Assembly (NCBI GenBank): GCA_000165425.1
Contig: CT868563.1
Coordinates: 186,001-250,000 of the forward strand
Direction of reading: 5' to 3'
DNA: 64,000 nucleotides
Source of the DNA: Paramecium tetraurelia
Lineage: Eukaryota
Shown here: piece by piece, positions 12,661 through 27,744 of the stretch
Layout: every line of letters starts with the position of its first letter
How positions within the stretch are numbered: position 1 is the stretch's first letter
Program-made: the position numbers and the translations under genes
Notes under the pieces: generated by a model
Seen by the model: only the letters and a program-made list of their open reading frames with translations
Told to the model about the DNA's origin: nothing
Databases searched by the model: none

Positions 12661-15600
12661 TCAAACTCTACTACCAAAAATAGAGCTTAAGGGTCTTCCA
12701 AATTGACTGTGTTCTTACTCGGCATCAGCATACGGATCCTCGATACCTTTTTCTTTAAGAATCTTTTTGAAGTTTTTAATCATCGATTCATTGGCTTGCA
12801 ATTAGTTAAGTGCAATTTGCAATTAATTTTACAATTCTACGTTCTTTTAGAATTCAAATGGTTGTAATTTTTATTTATCGAAATTGGGGCCTCTCAATAT
12901 TTTACCCATTTTATTATTCTTTTATGGGAGCGATTATAATCTAGCTTAGGCACTTCCTTATTTGTTGATATTCAAAGCTTAAGGCAATATTGGTTACTAA
13001 GATTATTACATTACGTCTTCGTTCATCATCTCTACATTTTACTTAGGTTATTTAAGAATATAAATACTTCTCCAATATTTTTACCAAGTTTAGTTTGTAA
13101 AACTTTAATTTCTTATTTAAATTTTTCATTTTCTTTTTTATATTTGTCATTCTCAATTTTCAAATTCGATTTTTCAGTTTCATAATCCTTACATTATTTC
13201 CTAATTTCATTTAATTCATGGATTAATTGTTAATTCTCACTAGTTCTTTTATAGATTTCTTTTTCTCTTCTAACCATCATTTTTTCTGTACTAGAATTAA
13301 TTTGAATGGCACTCTTTTCTAAATGATTAATATGTCTATTCATTTCTTCAATAGAACGAGGATCATTAGAACTTTATTTAATTTCTTATTGTAGCACATA
13401 TCTTTAATACAATTTGGTCATTTCTTTTTTCCATTCCTAAAATAATAAAATCATATTACCTTATCATCAATATAATGAACACAATTGTGAATGTCTCTGG
13501 TAATATTTTAAATGATATTTTCCTTCTTTTTTGTAGTTTAAATTTATAAATTTAAATCATGAGTAAGAGCATTAGTTTTGCTACTTTCTTCATTGATTTT
13601 TGAGTTTAATTCGCTATTTATTTTTAATTACTTTGCAAATTCACTTTCTAATCTAAATAATTCTTCCTTTAATTTTTCAATTTAAGCTTCCTTTGGTTCT
13701 AGTGACTTCTTCATTTCAGTGGTTCTAAATGATAGAACATGTTTAGATTTTTGTAAAACATTAATTTTATCTTTGTATTCTGAAATCTTTTTATCTTTTT
13801 TCTTCAATTAATCATCCTTATCTTCTAAATCCTTGCATTAAACATCAATTTTGGTTTCAGCCTCTTTAAGGTTCTTTTCTAATAACTAATAAGCTTGTTC
13901 CTTCTCTTACAATCTTTTGTCTAACTTTTCATTTTCTAATCTTAATTCCTATACTAATTTCTGCTCTTATTTAAACTTCGAGTCTTTTTCAGCAAGTAAA
14001 CATTTAAGCCTATCAATCTCTTTTTTCTATCTATCATTCAAATCTTTAATTTCAAATTCATGATCTTCTTCTTATTATGCTAAAATCTCTTCATAAGTTG
14101 CCTTCAATTGATCTGCCTAATTCTAATTATTCTCCAAAGCCTTGGCTGTGATTTAGAAATTCTTATAAAACTTTTCTTTCAATTCATCAATATATGATGT
14201 ATGTTTCGATTCAAATTCTTTGGCTTAAGCTTGATTTCTTCTTCTTTCCTCCATCAAATCCTATTCCAATTATAGGTATTTTTCATTTTCAAATGCTAAC
14301 TTTCTTTCATATAAATTTTCTAACTCTTCAACAGCTTTTAAATGGTTATTTTCTACATTTTTAAATAAATTAGCAGATTCCTTTTCTGCAGATGACTTTT
14401 AAGCCTTTAACTAATCATAACGAGCAGCCCAGGCAGCAATTTCATTATTCATTTACTTTTCAATTTCTAATTTCTCCTTTTCAACTTTTCTTTTCTCCTC
14501 CTACACTTTGAAATCTGTCTTCTAATCAAGATCTTACAAATCATTATGTAGTTTCTTCATTTCAGCAATATAGGTTTCAATCTCATTTCTAGAGACTAAC
14601 AGAACATCAGCTAAATTTTCATCAACAACTCCAGCCTTAGGATTAATTTTATCTATATCATCCATCTATTCTTTAGCTTCTGCTCCAGTCTTGGAGGCAT
14701 AGATTTAACCATCATTCGAAATTTCAGAGACTTAATATATGAAAAGAGCACCATCAGATCCAGTTGAAAACACATATCTGCCATCTGGACTGCATTTAAT
14801 TCTAGTAATCTCTCCTTGATGGACAGGCATGGTTTCAAAAGCCATCTGATTAAATATATAGGAATATATTTTGATTTAGCCATTTTCTGTACCTCCAATA
14901 ATTCCAAATTAATTATATAAGGATTAAATATAAGCTAATTAAGTTAATTTTTATTGGCCAAGATCATGGAAATGATGATCCTTGCCAGTGCTTATTCCAT
15001 TCTAAACAATCCTCTATTCTCTAACTATGTATTTGGTATCAATCTTGTCTTGTTCTGTTTTATCTTTAGTGCTTTCAGTTCCTGCAGCTATCAACATTCC
15101 AATTGGAGGATCATAAATCAAGGATGTATACTTATTAGTATTATAAACATAATCCTTCCTGGACCAATCATTGGGACTCCACTCAAAGATACTACCATCT
15201 AATCCACAACTGGCCAAAAAGGTATCTTTGATTCCCCAAATCAAATCAGTTATTTGATTACTGTGTCCTTTTAAAGTGTGCATGAATTCCATCGTGTAGG
15301 CATCATAGATATTAATATAATAATGATTGCTTTTAGCTCTTGGATATGCAACTGCCAACATATGACCTCCTTGACTAAATTTCACTTAAGTGCAACACTT
15401 CACAGCCATTTCTTTATAAGCACGTAATTCACTATGCAGAACATGGAAAATACGTAACTTATCTTAAAATCCTGCTGCCAAATAATAACCTGTTGGATGA
15501 AAACCTACTGAACATAAAGGTGAAATGTCTTGGGTTGTACTTTAATTTTCTTTTGTTCCCAGACCTTATTAATTACCATCATCTCCTAAATAAAATTTAC

Positions 15601-16948
15601 GAGCCAATTCGCATCTAGGATAGGCATAATTCCATATTCTAATTGTGCTGTCATACTTACTTGCCGTCACTATCAATGGTCTTTATAAACAGACATCTAA
15701 ATGTGTAATTGGGGCATTATGAAACCCATTAAATAAAAAATCAAATTTAACTTCTCTCTTTAAGAATTTCTCATTATTTTTATATGATTCCAAACACTTC
15801 AGTTGAGTTTGGCAATACTTGCCCCATTTCAATTGTGCAGATATCATTGTTTGAGAATGCTACTGCAACTAAATCTTCTTGTTTTGTTATATCCATACTG
15901 ACAACCTAACTCTTTCTTTCGCATCTCCATTTTTTTAAGAATTGTAAATCCATTACAACTTCAATACCATCTTCTGTCTTCTATTTATCATGATCGTCAC
16001 CTCTAATCCAAAGTGCAAAATGTCCACTATCTGATCCAACCAAGAAACCTTTTGAAAAAGCAATCAAAGAAGAAACTCCAGGGCCTCTAATGTCATTAAA
16101 AGCATTATTTATATATTGTCTTACATCATTATCATGAATGATGAAAATTTCAGCCTTGTCATTTGCCAATATCACTTTGTTCTCTTCAAACCATGCATGG
16201 TCAGTAAATGTCTAAATCGGAGCCAATCTCTTAATTTAATCAGTTAATGAAATAAAGGAGTTTTCTTAAACTCTTAAAATTTTAAAGTAATTTTTTCCAC
16301 TTACAGCCACCATATGATTGTCCTTAGGAGAGATCGAAATTCTGGTTAGTTCCTATCCTATTGCAGATAAAGCTAAATGCTTCATTCTAATCAAATCTAC
16401 AAAAATCAATAAATAATCAGGAGGTCCTGTCAAACAAAGCAAGAATCTAATTGGGATTCAATATTTAAATATTACCTTGAATCCGTATGAGAAAATGCCA
16501 TACTAATAAATGTTGATGATTTAGTATCTAAATATTTATACGGTTTTTTCTCCGCTTCCATTTTACTAGGATGAGCTTTCAAATTATAAATTACTAACTA
16601 TGGAACTGTTTCATTTTTCATTTTTTCTGCAACTGCTAATGTCCTAATAAAATTAAATAGTGTTTTCAATACCTCTTGTTTGGAGCGACAGTCATGCAGG
16701 AAACAATATCTAAGTTATCCGATAGTCTGATAAATTGAGTATCAGGTTTATCAATAAACTTCTAGGCTATGAATTTACCAACTGGATATAGTAATCTTCT
16801 TTATTCATCTAATAACTTAATATGTTCATTCACTACCCTCTATTATGCTTATGCTGTCTTTAAATTTCGCTGAACATAAACTACCATATGATTATATCAC
16901 ATCCAATTTAAGTCTTCTATCTTCATTTCTTCGTTTCTTATCATCCAT
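12661..16948 (-). CDS. CFAP57: Cilia- and flagella-associated protein 57 (WDR65): WD40 repeats + long coiled coil
   Basis: N-terminal LLYPVGKFIA, WD40 blades (GFHNAPITHLDVCLQRPLIVTAS, SVGFHPTGYYLAAGF, KFSQGGHMLAV, LKGHSNQITDLIW, PVHQGEITRI) and a C-terminal coiled coil containing LQKSKHVLSFRTTEMKKSLEPKE. Multiple ~25-nt introns. TGA 12661-12663. Confidence 0.88.
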
Positions 16949-16976
16949 TTTAAAAATAATTATTAATATTATAATC

Positions 16977-17515
16977 ATGAAATCAGAGATTATTCTAACT
17001 TTATTATTCGTTTCAGCGTTGGCAACTGTTGAGAGAGATGCAAATCAAGAAGCACTAGAAGGAGTCTGGTCCTATTTTAATAAAAAAGGACCATTTACAG
17101 TCTCCAAATGCGGCTCTGACTAAGACCACAAGGATGCCTTTTTATTTACAGGTTATTTCTTAAGAAAAGCAGACATTGGCTCAACTTCTGAAATTAATCC
17201 ATTGATTGCCGAAGCTGAATAATTCTACTATGTATTAACTCAATCTAAAAACATTAGTCTTTGCCACTTGAGACCAGAAACTGCTTTGAAAGCAACGAAG
17301 AAGCAATTGAACTTGGCAAATTCTTGGGACTTGAGTAATATACTCAAGATGAACTAAAAGATAAGGTATCTAGTTGGGTAGGAAGTCATTTCTTTATTTA
17401 TAAAAGACTAATCAAAGCAGCTGGCAATGATTGGAATAATTGGAAAGATTATAAATTAACCGGAAAAGACTTGGCTGAATTATTACAAAGAATTCTAACT
17501 GACTCTATAGAATGA
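16977..17515 (+). CDS. Secreted small helical protein (signal peptide), ciliate-type
   Basis: Signal-like N-terminus MKSEIILTLLFVSALA. Removing a 26-nt intron (~17335-17360) gives the C-terminus AAGNDWNNWKDYKLTGKDLAELLQRILTDSIE-TGA (17513-17515). Confidence 0.75.
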
Positions 17516-17828
17516 GTCATCATCATAATAAAAATAAATATGTTAATATTTATCTATTTTATTCTATCTTGCATAGATATATGTTACTTTCTCCTCCATA
17601 CAATATTTGTTTTAATATTTTATTTAGATACTTCTTCATATTCATAATATCCAAAAATCTATATAGAATATTTATATTTTTTAAATTTCACCTCTTATTT
17701 AAGAAACTTCCATTTGGTGTTCCCACCATCATAATTCTTTCATTGTATTTAATTTATTGACGAAGAAAACTGCTTTTTGATATTTATATAGAATAATAAA
17801 TATATAATAAGTTGCATAAATATTAAAT

Positions 17829-20800
17829 TCATTATTAATCCATGTAATCTTCCTCTCCTCCTTATTCTTCTATTTAAAGTGCTCGACCAAATGGGAAAAA
17901 TTTAGTCTCTTTTTCTTGTATACATTTATTTACATATTTCTCCAAAGAATTACAATCATTCGCATCTTTATTTTTAATATAAATGATGTAATATAACATA
18001 TGATACACATTATGTTCTAAGTAAATATGATAATGCCAACCTTTTGTACCTCTAATATGAAGATAATTGAAATTGTTACTTTGTATCAATATCATTTTTC
18101 TCTTAGCTACAAATAAAGCACTTTCCTTCGATTTCCTTAACCAAAGCTTGTCTTTCATCTCTTAATTCGCCAAAGGTATCCAATATGATGCCGAATATGA
18201 TTTAGATAAAAAGAATATTGAAAATGATAAAGAAAGTAAAATCGAAGAAGTATCTGCCCCAATATATTGTGGGATCATCATAAGCATCAGGATATTTAGT
18301 CAAAGATTCACCTAAGCCACCACCATTTCTCAATCCAAAATTGATTGTTGAAGTAACAGCAAGAATAAATGTCTAGCCATAAACTCCACTTTCATCATCA
18401 AACATTGAGTCAAAATTAGAGAATGCAATTATAGCATAAACTAATAAACCAATTAATCCTAAGAATGAAAATATAGCTAAATTTCGACCATTGGATGTTA
18501 TTGATCTAATGATATTTTAAAGATCTTCAGATCGTTTGATGATATCTAATAAGAGTACAGCATAGATGTAAGGGTTAAAGAAAGCATATACAGTAAGGCC
18601 AAAAATGCAAATCTAGCATAGATGAATATAACTTACATTGTAAAAATTATCAAAGTCAAAAAATATCACCAAAATTAACTGCTTTATTGGATTGTGATTC
18701 ACTTTATCTTCTTAAAATGCAGATTCAAAGTATCCTATTAAACTATAATATTTCATCGTCAACCATGAAATCTAAAATCCTGCTTCCTTTTTTAAGATTT
18801 AAACTCTTTTTGCATTTGTCTGGCCTCTATTATATGTAATAGAAATAGGATATCTTTCAATGGCACAAAAGAACACAATAATTAGATTTAAAACCAATTA
18901 AACGATAGTAATTATCTAATATAAAATAAAAATTCTATACATTATTTAAATAACTAACGAAGCTTTCTCCAGTTGTCACATCAGTATCTTCAGGGGCTTC
19001 AGTATTAGATCCTATTTTACTATTTATTACAGTATCATGCATAAATATAAGTAGAATTACAAATATTAGACATAAAAGGAAAGATATATCCTTTAACAAT
19101 CTCCAATACACAGCACCGAAATGCATAACTTTTTTATTATTAATGTATTAAGAATGCCTCATTTGAACCTAATAGAATTCAGAAAACTCAATCAATCCTA
19201 ACATTCTATCTTCATCTGTTTCTCTGTTGATTTCATAGATCAAATGTTGTTTAATATTTGGAGTTATAAAATTGCAAACAAAAGGTTTTTAAAAGTATAC
19301 TTTTTCTAATTAATTGAATTCATTTTGTATCTCTATTCTTCCAGTAAATTATCTATAAAATTTAAAAAACCTTTGAGTTCTATCAAATTAATAATTTTTG
19401 TCCTTCCTTACATCCATCATGATATTTTTAAAGCTTAAATCATTAAATTTCATTTCATCTTTATGCAACAATCCATCAACATCTTCTTAATTATAACCAC
19501 ATTAGCTTCCTTAGTTTAAAGGTAATATTTTTGAAATAGGCAGAATGTTTTTTCTTTATTGTTCCTCTTCTTGGATATCATCTAAATCCAACAGGTCTTC
19601 TTATTCTTCTTACTCTTCATCAAATTTGAACAAGTCCAATTATTTATCCTGTGGAAAATGTTCTGATAATTTCAGACATATGGTAAATATATTAAACCCA
19701 GTTTATATTAAAAGATTATCTTCATCTGTTCTTAATCCAAAATGGCATAAACTATTAGTACAATATCTATGAATTCCTGTTTCTGATTCATCACAAATGT
19801 TATCTAAAATTATGTTCTTTTATTTTGATTTGATTCTTTCTTCATATATAGATTTGCATATTCTTATCAAAATACTAATATCAACAGTTTTTAAAATAAA
19901 TTCTAATGATTAAATATCCGCTCTTCCTTAGGTCAATAAAAGGAGTAGTTTAATAAATGATTACAATGTCTAATATAATCCATATTTCTTTTTTCCTTCT
20001 TCTGAACCAATCCGATTTGTATCTATCACTACTTCTTCCTCCAATGATTAATTCATTAGTTGTCTTTCCTTTAAAATCATTTTGTTTTCTTCATAAAGCT
20101 AACTGAAGCTTGTTAGGTCTTATTTTTGCAAAATTGAATTTAGTAAAGTAAATAATCTTGTGTTTTTACATAATTCTTTTTTATTTTCCACATAACCTGT
20201 AGAAAATTCAACTAAACTCTCTAAAGCTTATCTGTAGATATCTTATAACTTATAAAATACTTTATATCCTTTTTCTAAAAGATCAGCTAATAAACTAGCA
20301 ACTTCATTTACAATATTGATATTTGCTTAATAAGAATCATCATCATATTAAAATACTAGAAATTTCTGAAATTCAATGTTTACATTTTCACACATAGCTT
20401 AGAGTAATTATAGGACTTTGAGACAGAGTAGTTTATATTCAGTAGTATCATTTTCAATTAATTCTAACTCTTTAATTTTTACATCTAAATCAGTCAAAAA
20501 GAATCTTCTTAAAAATATTAAAAACTTTTATTTCACATTTTCTCCCTGTAACAATTTGTAAAATTTCCTTTATATATATTCATTTCCAAAATCTAATAAA
20601 TGAATAAGAAAAGATAATGCTTCAATTTTATATTGATCATCATCTGTTTAATTCAGCATATCTAATGCCAATATATCAAGTTAACCATCAGCCATAGCCC
20701 TTTAAAATTTTATATATATATCTTTTTTTTCTCTCACAGCTTATTTAGATTGTTCATCTTTTGCTTCAACCAAAGAATCTATTTCATCTTGAGTAGGTCT

Positions 20801-23800
20801 TTTAAGCTATAAAAATATTCTGCATAACTTGATTAGATAAATTTCTTTATTTAAAAATATTTCTTAACATTTTTTCAAAAAGTCTTTTAGATGATCTATG
20901 TTAAATACATTAGTTTATTACTTCTCTAAAGTTTTTATCAATAATTCTATTTACACATCTTCAGAGATTAAATTTCCGCTTAATTCAAGCTAACCTCCTA
21001 ATTTTTTATAATATTTTGCAATTAGTCTATTAGTAGATAGTTAAAAATCTTTTTTCAAGCTGTCTAAACTTTCTTATTAACGTTAATATACTTAAATTTA
21101 ATAAGAAGGAGTATGATTTGTATTAGATTTTCTTTCAAAATATTCTCTCATTGCTTATTTAAACAAATCCCAATTCACAAATACCTTGTTTCTATTATTC
21201 ACAGATTCTTAATTTTTGATTCTAGCAACATCATTTTAATATATACTTTCAATATCCTTTAATTAAATATACTATTTATAAATGTTGCAAGTCTTGAGAA
21301 TCTTTCTGGATTTTTCATAATCAGTTAATTCTAAAGAATCTTTTTCAATAAATTGAAGAAATTGTACAATATTGACATTGTATCTCATCATATATATTTT
21401 AAAATTTCTCTTAAATTGGTTTTCAATCCTCTCCACATTCTCTTATTCTTGAAGCTTTTTATCTCCAGTTTGATCTTCTTTTAAAGTATCATATTTATTA
21501 AATAATAATTTATCTGAATTGTTTTCTTGTATAAATCCAATTCTGAAATTCTTTCCAAATTTAGTAATTTTCCTTTGAGGTATAATTTCTTCAATTGAAA
21601 TAATTAGTTCTCTATAATCATCTAAGTCCAAGTCTTCTTTTTTTAATCGAAAATCCCTTTCAAGAACATTAAATATTTCTTTGATTTTCTAAACACTTTA
21701 TTTGATAATTGCAAATTCATCCGATAAATTAGAAATTTCAAGGTTTTCTATATCAATTCTATCCTTCATTTCATCGTAAGTGAAGACTAAAAAGTGAATA
21801 ATTCCATTTTTCCTCAAATATGTCCAAAACTCACTACAATCTCTAACAATTCCTAATACTTTATCAGGTGCTGAATCTAAAGATAATTTCTTTTCAAAAT
21901 AATTCATCTTTTACCTTACCATCTATTCTCTCAAATCCCTTTGAGTAACCTTCTTATTCTTATCAAAGTTTATTAATTTAGCGATTCCTTCTAATAGTTT
22001 GCATATTTATTTCTAATCTAATTCAGGTATAATTATTCTTGATAAAATGTCTCTTACTTCTTCAATTTCGATGGTATCATTACTAAACTCTCCTTCTTTT
22101 GCTTTATTTATATATAATTCAAATAAGCACTATAAGTAAGCTCTCTTAACAATGTATTCAGCATCTGAATTTAAAAGAATCGATTTCAATTATTCGTATA
22201 ATATAATTCTTTACATTTCTTAGATTCCTAATCTATTATATGAACAACACTCTGTAATTAGAATTATCAATTAAGCATGCAACTTTATTCTATGGTAATA
22301 TAAATTATCATTTCCATTCTAATTTTCAATTATTTTATCAGGAATTAATATCTTACTATAGTAATTTACTGGTTACAATACTATTGTCAAAAATTAAGTT
22401 TTTAAAATGGAACTTAAAATCAAATGTTTATTGAGAGGGGATTGCTAAGCCGGAGTTTCAAAAGTTTTAGTAAAACATCTTAAGATTCTTAAATATTGGA
22501 TTAAACTAAAATAAGCCACAGCATCCTCATGTTATTTTCTTGGAGTGATCTTCATTTCTTATTAATCATCTTTAAAACTGATGGCTTTCGCAAAAAACTC
22601 TTAACTCTTCAATAATTCATCTCCTAATTTTTATATTCTATCAAAAACATTCAGAATGAAGTTATCATGTTCGATTTTTGGAATTGTGGATACTAATTAA
22701 ACTATTAGTTTAGTAACTTTAATTGGAATGTAAAACAAATCCTCAGCTCCTAATTGATCAATTTAAATTAAATCAAGTAGTTTATACAAATAACTGTTTT
22801 AAGCTAAAATTTCAATATTGGTTTCATTATTCTTAATGAAGTATTCAAAAAATACAATTAAACTTTTATAAAATTAAACTATATCAGGAGAACTACACAC
22901 AGTTTAGGGTTTTATTAAAAATTATAGAAATACCAAATGAACTCCTGCATTTCTAATAATATTTTAAAATGATTTTAAATATTACGCTTCTTAAGAATTT
23001 GATTTAAAGAACTACTCAAATTATTCAATTATTTTTGATTGATAGATCTTTAGTTATTCAAATGGTGTAATACGCTATTAAGCATTTTTTTCCCTTTTAG
23101 TGCTTTGAATGTATTTTATAGCTCTTTTTGTTAAAATTTATGCTTCTTTAGGACTAATAATCTAAAATGCACTTGAATTTCCATTAATTATTGAAAAATA
23201 CTTTAGTTCCATCAAATTATCAATAATTTCTACTTCTTTGATTTCATATGTTGAATTTTTGGGAGCATTAAAGTTATGTATCAAACTTTAAAGCAATTCT
23301 TCATTTAATTTATTTCTTTTTTCTGAGGAAAGTAAACAAGAAAACAATAAAGCACTAAACTTATTACCATCTGGTTCCTTAAAAACATTGAAAATGGCTT
23401 TCTGTAATGGAGGTTTTTGTTTTTGTATCCAATAGCCTTAATCATACTTTGGAATTTCATTCAAGTCAAATTCATCAAGAATTTTAGAGTTTGAATTACT
23501 TTAATTTGATTCATTTTATTATTATTTACTAAATAAGAACTCTAATATTTAAAGATTTAATTTTAAATTACTAAATATCTTTAAAATTTGAAGACCTTCT
23601 AAATAAATTTTCATTTTTAATAAGTCATCATTGCAATATTGATATGTCCAAATCAAAAATTAAAGGATCCAATTTCTTTAAAATTAAATATCTTATTTAA
23701 TTGTTTAATCTGATTATTATTAGCTTTTATTTTAATTTTTATGCTTAGATAATTTTTATTCTTATAACTATTGAAGAGTTGGTAAGTAAGTTGTGACCCA

Positions 23801-26800
23801 CACATTGCTTTCAATAGATTAATTTAATTTAAATAAATTGCATTCAAAATTTTCATCATCGTTAAATTTATAGATCTTTTCATCTGGTCTTTATTGTAAA
23901 ATTAATGCTACAAAAATATTTGGTAATATTGCAAATATTCTTTAATTTTCATCCAATTAATTATATCCGAAATCAATACTATTTTTTACAATCTATAAAA
24001 TTCCCAAAAAATATTCTAATTAATAATTGGCTAATCTTTAATAGTTAATGTTAATTTATTTCATTGTAGAATTAAAAGGTTAAATTATATTGTTATTAAA
24101 TTCTAGAACTTTGAAATGGTCAGGATAATCTATTTAAGTGAATAGTTCTAAATAATAAATCCTTACATCACTTATTTACTTTCTAGTAAGCATTTTCGAG
24201 GCAAACTATTTCAAATATTGATGTTCTGCTTTTGCCTCTTTTGAATTTATAAATTTCTTATATTCTTCGTTTCTTTTCAATTATTTTGAAGCATTTTTTT
24301 CGTAGAAATAAATTCCTGATTGATTCTAAATGTCAAACTGATCTAAATCATCATTCAAATAGCATTTATTATCAAATGATGAAATTTTTATTAAAGGATC
24401 AATATCTAAATATAAATTACAAAATAATTCAATTAAAGTTCTCTCAAATCTCAGTTCCGTTTTTATTTTTTATTGTCTTTTCAAACATATTTCTAAGAAA
24501 TTTTCATTTAAAAAGCAATTTTTCATCAAACATTTAATGCTTTTTTAATTTCTCCCCTTACACAATGATGAGTATAAATCCATAACATTCATTAAATAGT
24601 TTTCATATTTTACAAATATTGGCAGTACTACTTTATAATCTTCTTGTCTCACCAATTGGTTTTCCTTTAGCGTTTCAGTAGTAAAGAAATCAATTGTGAC
24701 ATCTACCAAAGGAGGTCTTGTTTTCTGAAATCTTTATGTTGATTTAATTTATTTTTCAACAAACCTTAAATATAATTGACAAAATGTTGGATTATTTGAT
24801 CCAAACTGATGTGATAAAAATAATAGTGTTTCTTTATCTCTTTTTGGAGAAAATTGAACAACCGGATAATAATTTTAGTTTTCTTCATAAATATCTAATG
24901 CAACTAAAGCTTTTTAAAAAGGAAGAGACTAACTAGATTTAAATTTTGTTCCGAATAATAATCTTCGACAAGTATCTTAACACATAGAATTTGGATTTTC
25001 GTAAGGATCGATCATCATTAAACTTAAGATTTCAATATATAGGGCTTAATCCTCAATGTTATCTTCGGTTATTGGCTAAAGTTCATTAACCCATTTCTTT
25101 AAACTACTTTTAGTATCGCTTATATCTGTATAGCGTACGCTTTCTTTGATTAGATTGGAAACTTACTCTCTTTAATGTTTCAATTATTAGAGCAAGAAAT
25201 CTAAAATACTCTCTTTATTCATCTCCAGGCTTAATACATAATAGCTTGTTTCTGGATTACTTTAAACACAAAGATTCAAAACAGAGTAAATTTCTTTTAT
25301 GCAATTCATTTTTTGAGATTAAGTAACCATTGGATCTAATTTCATTTTGGCAATTTTTTAAGGACTTTTTTCTTATAATGGTTGAATATTTTGTTTATCA
25401 TTTCCATAGATCATACAATTACATAATCTTTAAATTGCAAATAGCAAATTGATAATATCATTATCCATTAACGTCTTTTATTTAGTCGATTATTATTCAA
25501 TTGACTAAGGCTTGCCTTCATTGGTTAAATACATTGTAAGATTGTCCAAAGTTTGAAATAGTTGTAATATCTCATCAAATAATAACTTTTAGTTATTGAA
25601 AGCTTCATAATATTCGTAGATTCGTTTTTCTTCTTAATTTTATTCAATCTATTTAATTACCCCCCAATCTTATAAAAAGATATAAAATTAAATTAAGTAT
25701 TCTTGAAGAGAATTAATTCTAAATGATATTTTTTAAAGATCCTATGATGTTGATCTTAATAGAAAAGTTGCTCTTTCAATGTTTTACTTTTAGCTTTTTC
25801 TTTAGACCGCAACTTTATTTTCATCCAAGCAAACCATAACTACTCCTTCTAATGCGACTAAACCATCAACTGAATGGTTTAGGGTCGATTAAATTTTACA
25901 GGCCTCACTATAAGAAATTGGATCAATTTATGTTTTTTTAGATTTCAGATTAAACTAGCATTCCAACTTTAATCCATCATAGGTTAATCCGACTCCATTA
26001 TTAGTTATTTACAAAAATAATCCAGTGCAAACATGCCTTATCAAAAATACATTTTCATAAGTAGACCTTGAATATATTAAACTATCTACATGCTAAAATT
26101 ACCAGAGAGAATTTAAGTTTTCATCAGCTTTAGGTGTAGTATCAACATATAATTAATACATTTAATTAATTTTTTCATTTCTTATTTTATCTACATCAAA
26201 ATAAAACTAATTAATTGAATAATTGATATTCGTTTCATAATCTTTAATAATTAATTTTTTCTATTCCAATTCATCAGTAATTCTTTTTTTTCTCTTAATA
26301 CATAAGTACCCTCCCAAGTATCTGTTTTTTATAGTTACAACGTCACCATTCTATAAGTACTTTCCTTTAATCTGTAATTTATTAATTTCTTCTTCTGTTT
26401 TATTATCAATGTAGCTTGAAATTTTCAATGGATAAGCTTATTCTGATGCATTTACTTCTAGCCCATCTTTCTTTTAAAACTTGACGGATGGCTATTGTAT
26501 ACCTACCTTCCACTGTGACTAATTAGAATTTTGAACAATAATTTAATCTCCATACAAAATAGGTTCTCCTGGATTTTTAACAGAGTTTAGAGATAGAATT
26601 CTAAAGTTTGAAGTTTAACTTGGTTTTTCTTCTAGGGATAGTTCTCTACAGCAATTTTCCTTTGCTAAAATGTCACTATTTAGAGAAAGTGTGCATCCAG
26701 AATAAATATGTAATAACTATATTTCTTAACCATAAACAAAATTAGATCCATATAAACGATTGTATAATCTTTCGTTTTCATTCATTTCTTCTTCACATTT

Positions 26801-27316
26801 CTTCCTATATTCTTCTAATCTTTAATCATAATCAGAAGTCAATTTGCCCAACTCTCTAGAGTATGTCTCAATTTCAGCGATATCCCTTAATTAATCTATT
26901 GGTTTCTCTCTTTCTTACTTATATTAATTTTAATATAAGTATTTTTTTCCTGTAACAATTTAAAATAAACATTTTTAGAATGACAAGCTGCCTACTTTGT
27001 ACTATACGCTTTTTTATGATTAGGTGTCTAAGACTTTATTCTTACCTAATATCTGTACACATTCTAATTTATTGCTTGCAATTCCATCACCAGATATTAC
27101 TCCCTTAAAATCATCACTTAAATAGGATTTAAAATAGATGATATCACCAACTTTCAGGTTGAAGTTTCGCCTTTTATATATAAAAACTTACTTTTAATGT
27201 TTTAAATTCTCTCCATTTTAAGGTAGTTGAGTAAAATTATAATTTTGAGCCATAAGATTGTCAGCACCAAGCCAAGTCTGTTATCTCAAATTCAGAATCG
27301 GGGGTAATTCAGTCAT
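17829..27316 (-). CDS. ITPR: IP3-receptor/ryanodine-receptor-type Ca2+ release channel (CRC family), ~3,000 aa
   Basis: N-terminal MIR/beta-trefoil features (FVYGQEIQLLHIYSG, NSLWQF, FLIRHVCTGLFL), RIH-associated LCENVNIEFQKFL, channel domain LLLDIIKRSEDLQNIIRSI, pore TINFGLRNGGGLGESL, S6 IIFGIILDTFGELRDER and zinc finger KCFICS...HIYLEHNVYHMLYY. TGA 17829-17831. Confidence 0.93.
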
Positions 27317-27744
27317 TTCTAATAATTAATTGAAATTATGTATAATGTTAAATTATATCAGATTTAAATCTCAAAATCGATTTAAATATCAATGGATATT
27401 GATAGAAAATAATAAACAATCATTAAATGAAATTTTTAATTAATGATGTGTTGTCTATTCTTTTTTTAAATACTAAAATGAAATTTTCGCACTCCTCCAA
27501 TTGATATTCATATAGATTAAAAAAAAAAATTTGTCAACATTATTTTTAGGAATTTCTCAAAATAATCCTTAACTTGATTTCAGAATATATTTATTTCCCA
27601 TTTTCACCCAATATCATATCGCTTAGTTAAAGGTTTGCTTCTTCTCAATTTAACTGTTAATTTTAAAAATTTATATTTAATTTACCTTGGTTTTCATAAA
27701 ATCTTAATTAATTCAATAAAAAATTAATAATATGAAAATATTAT

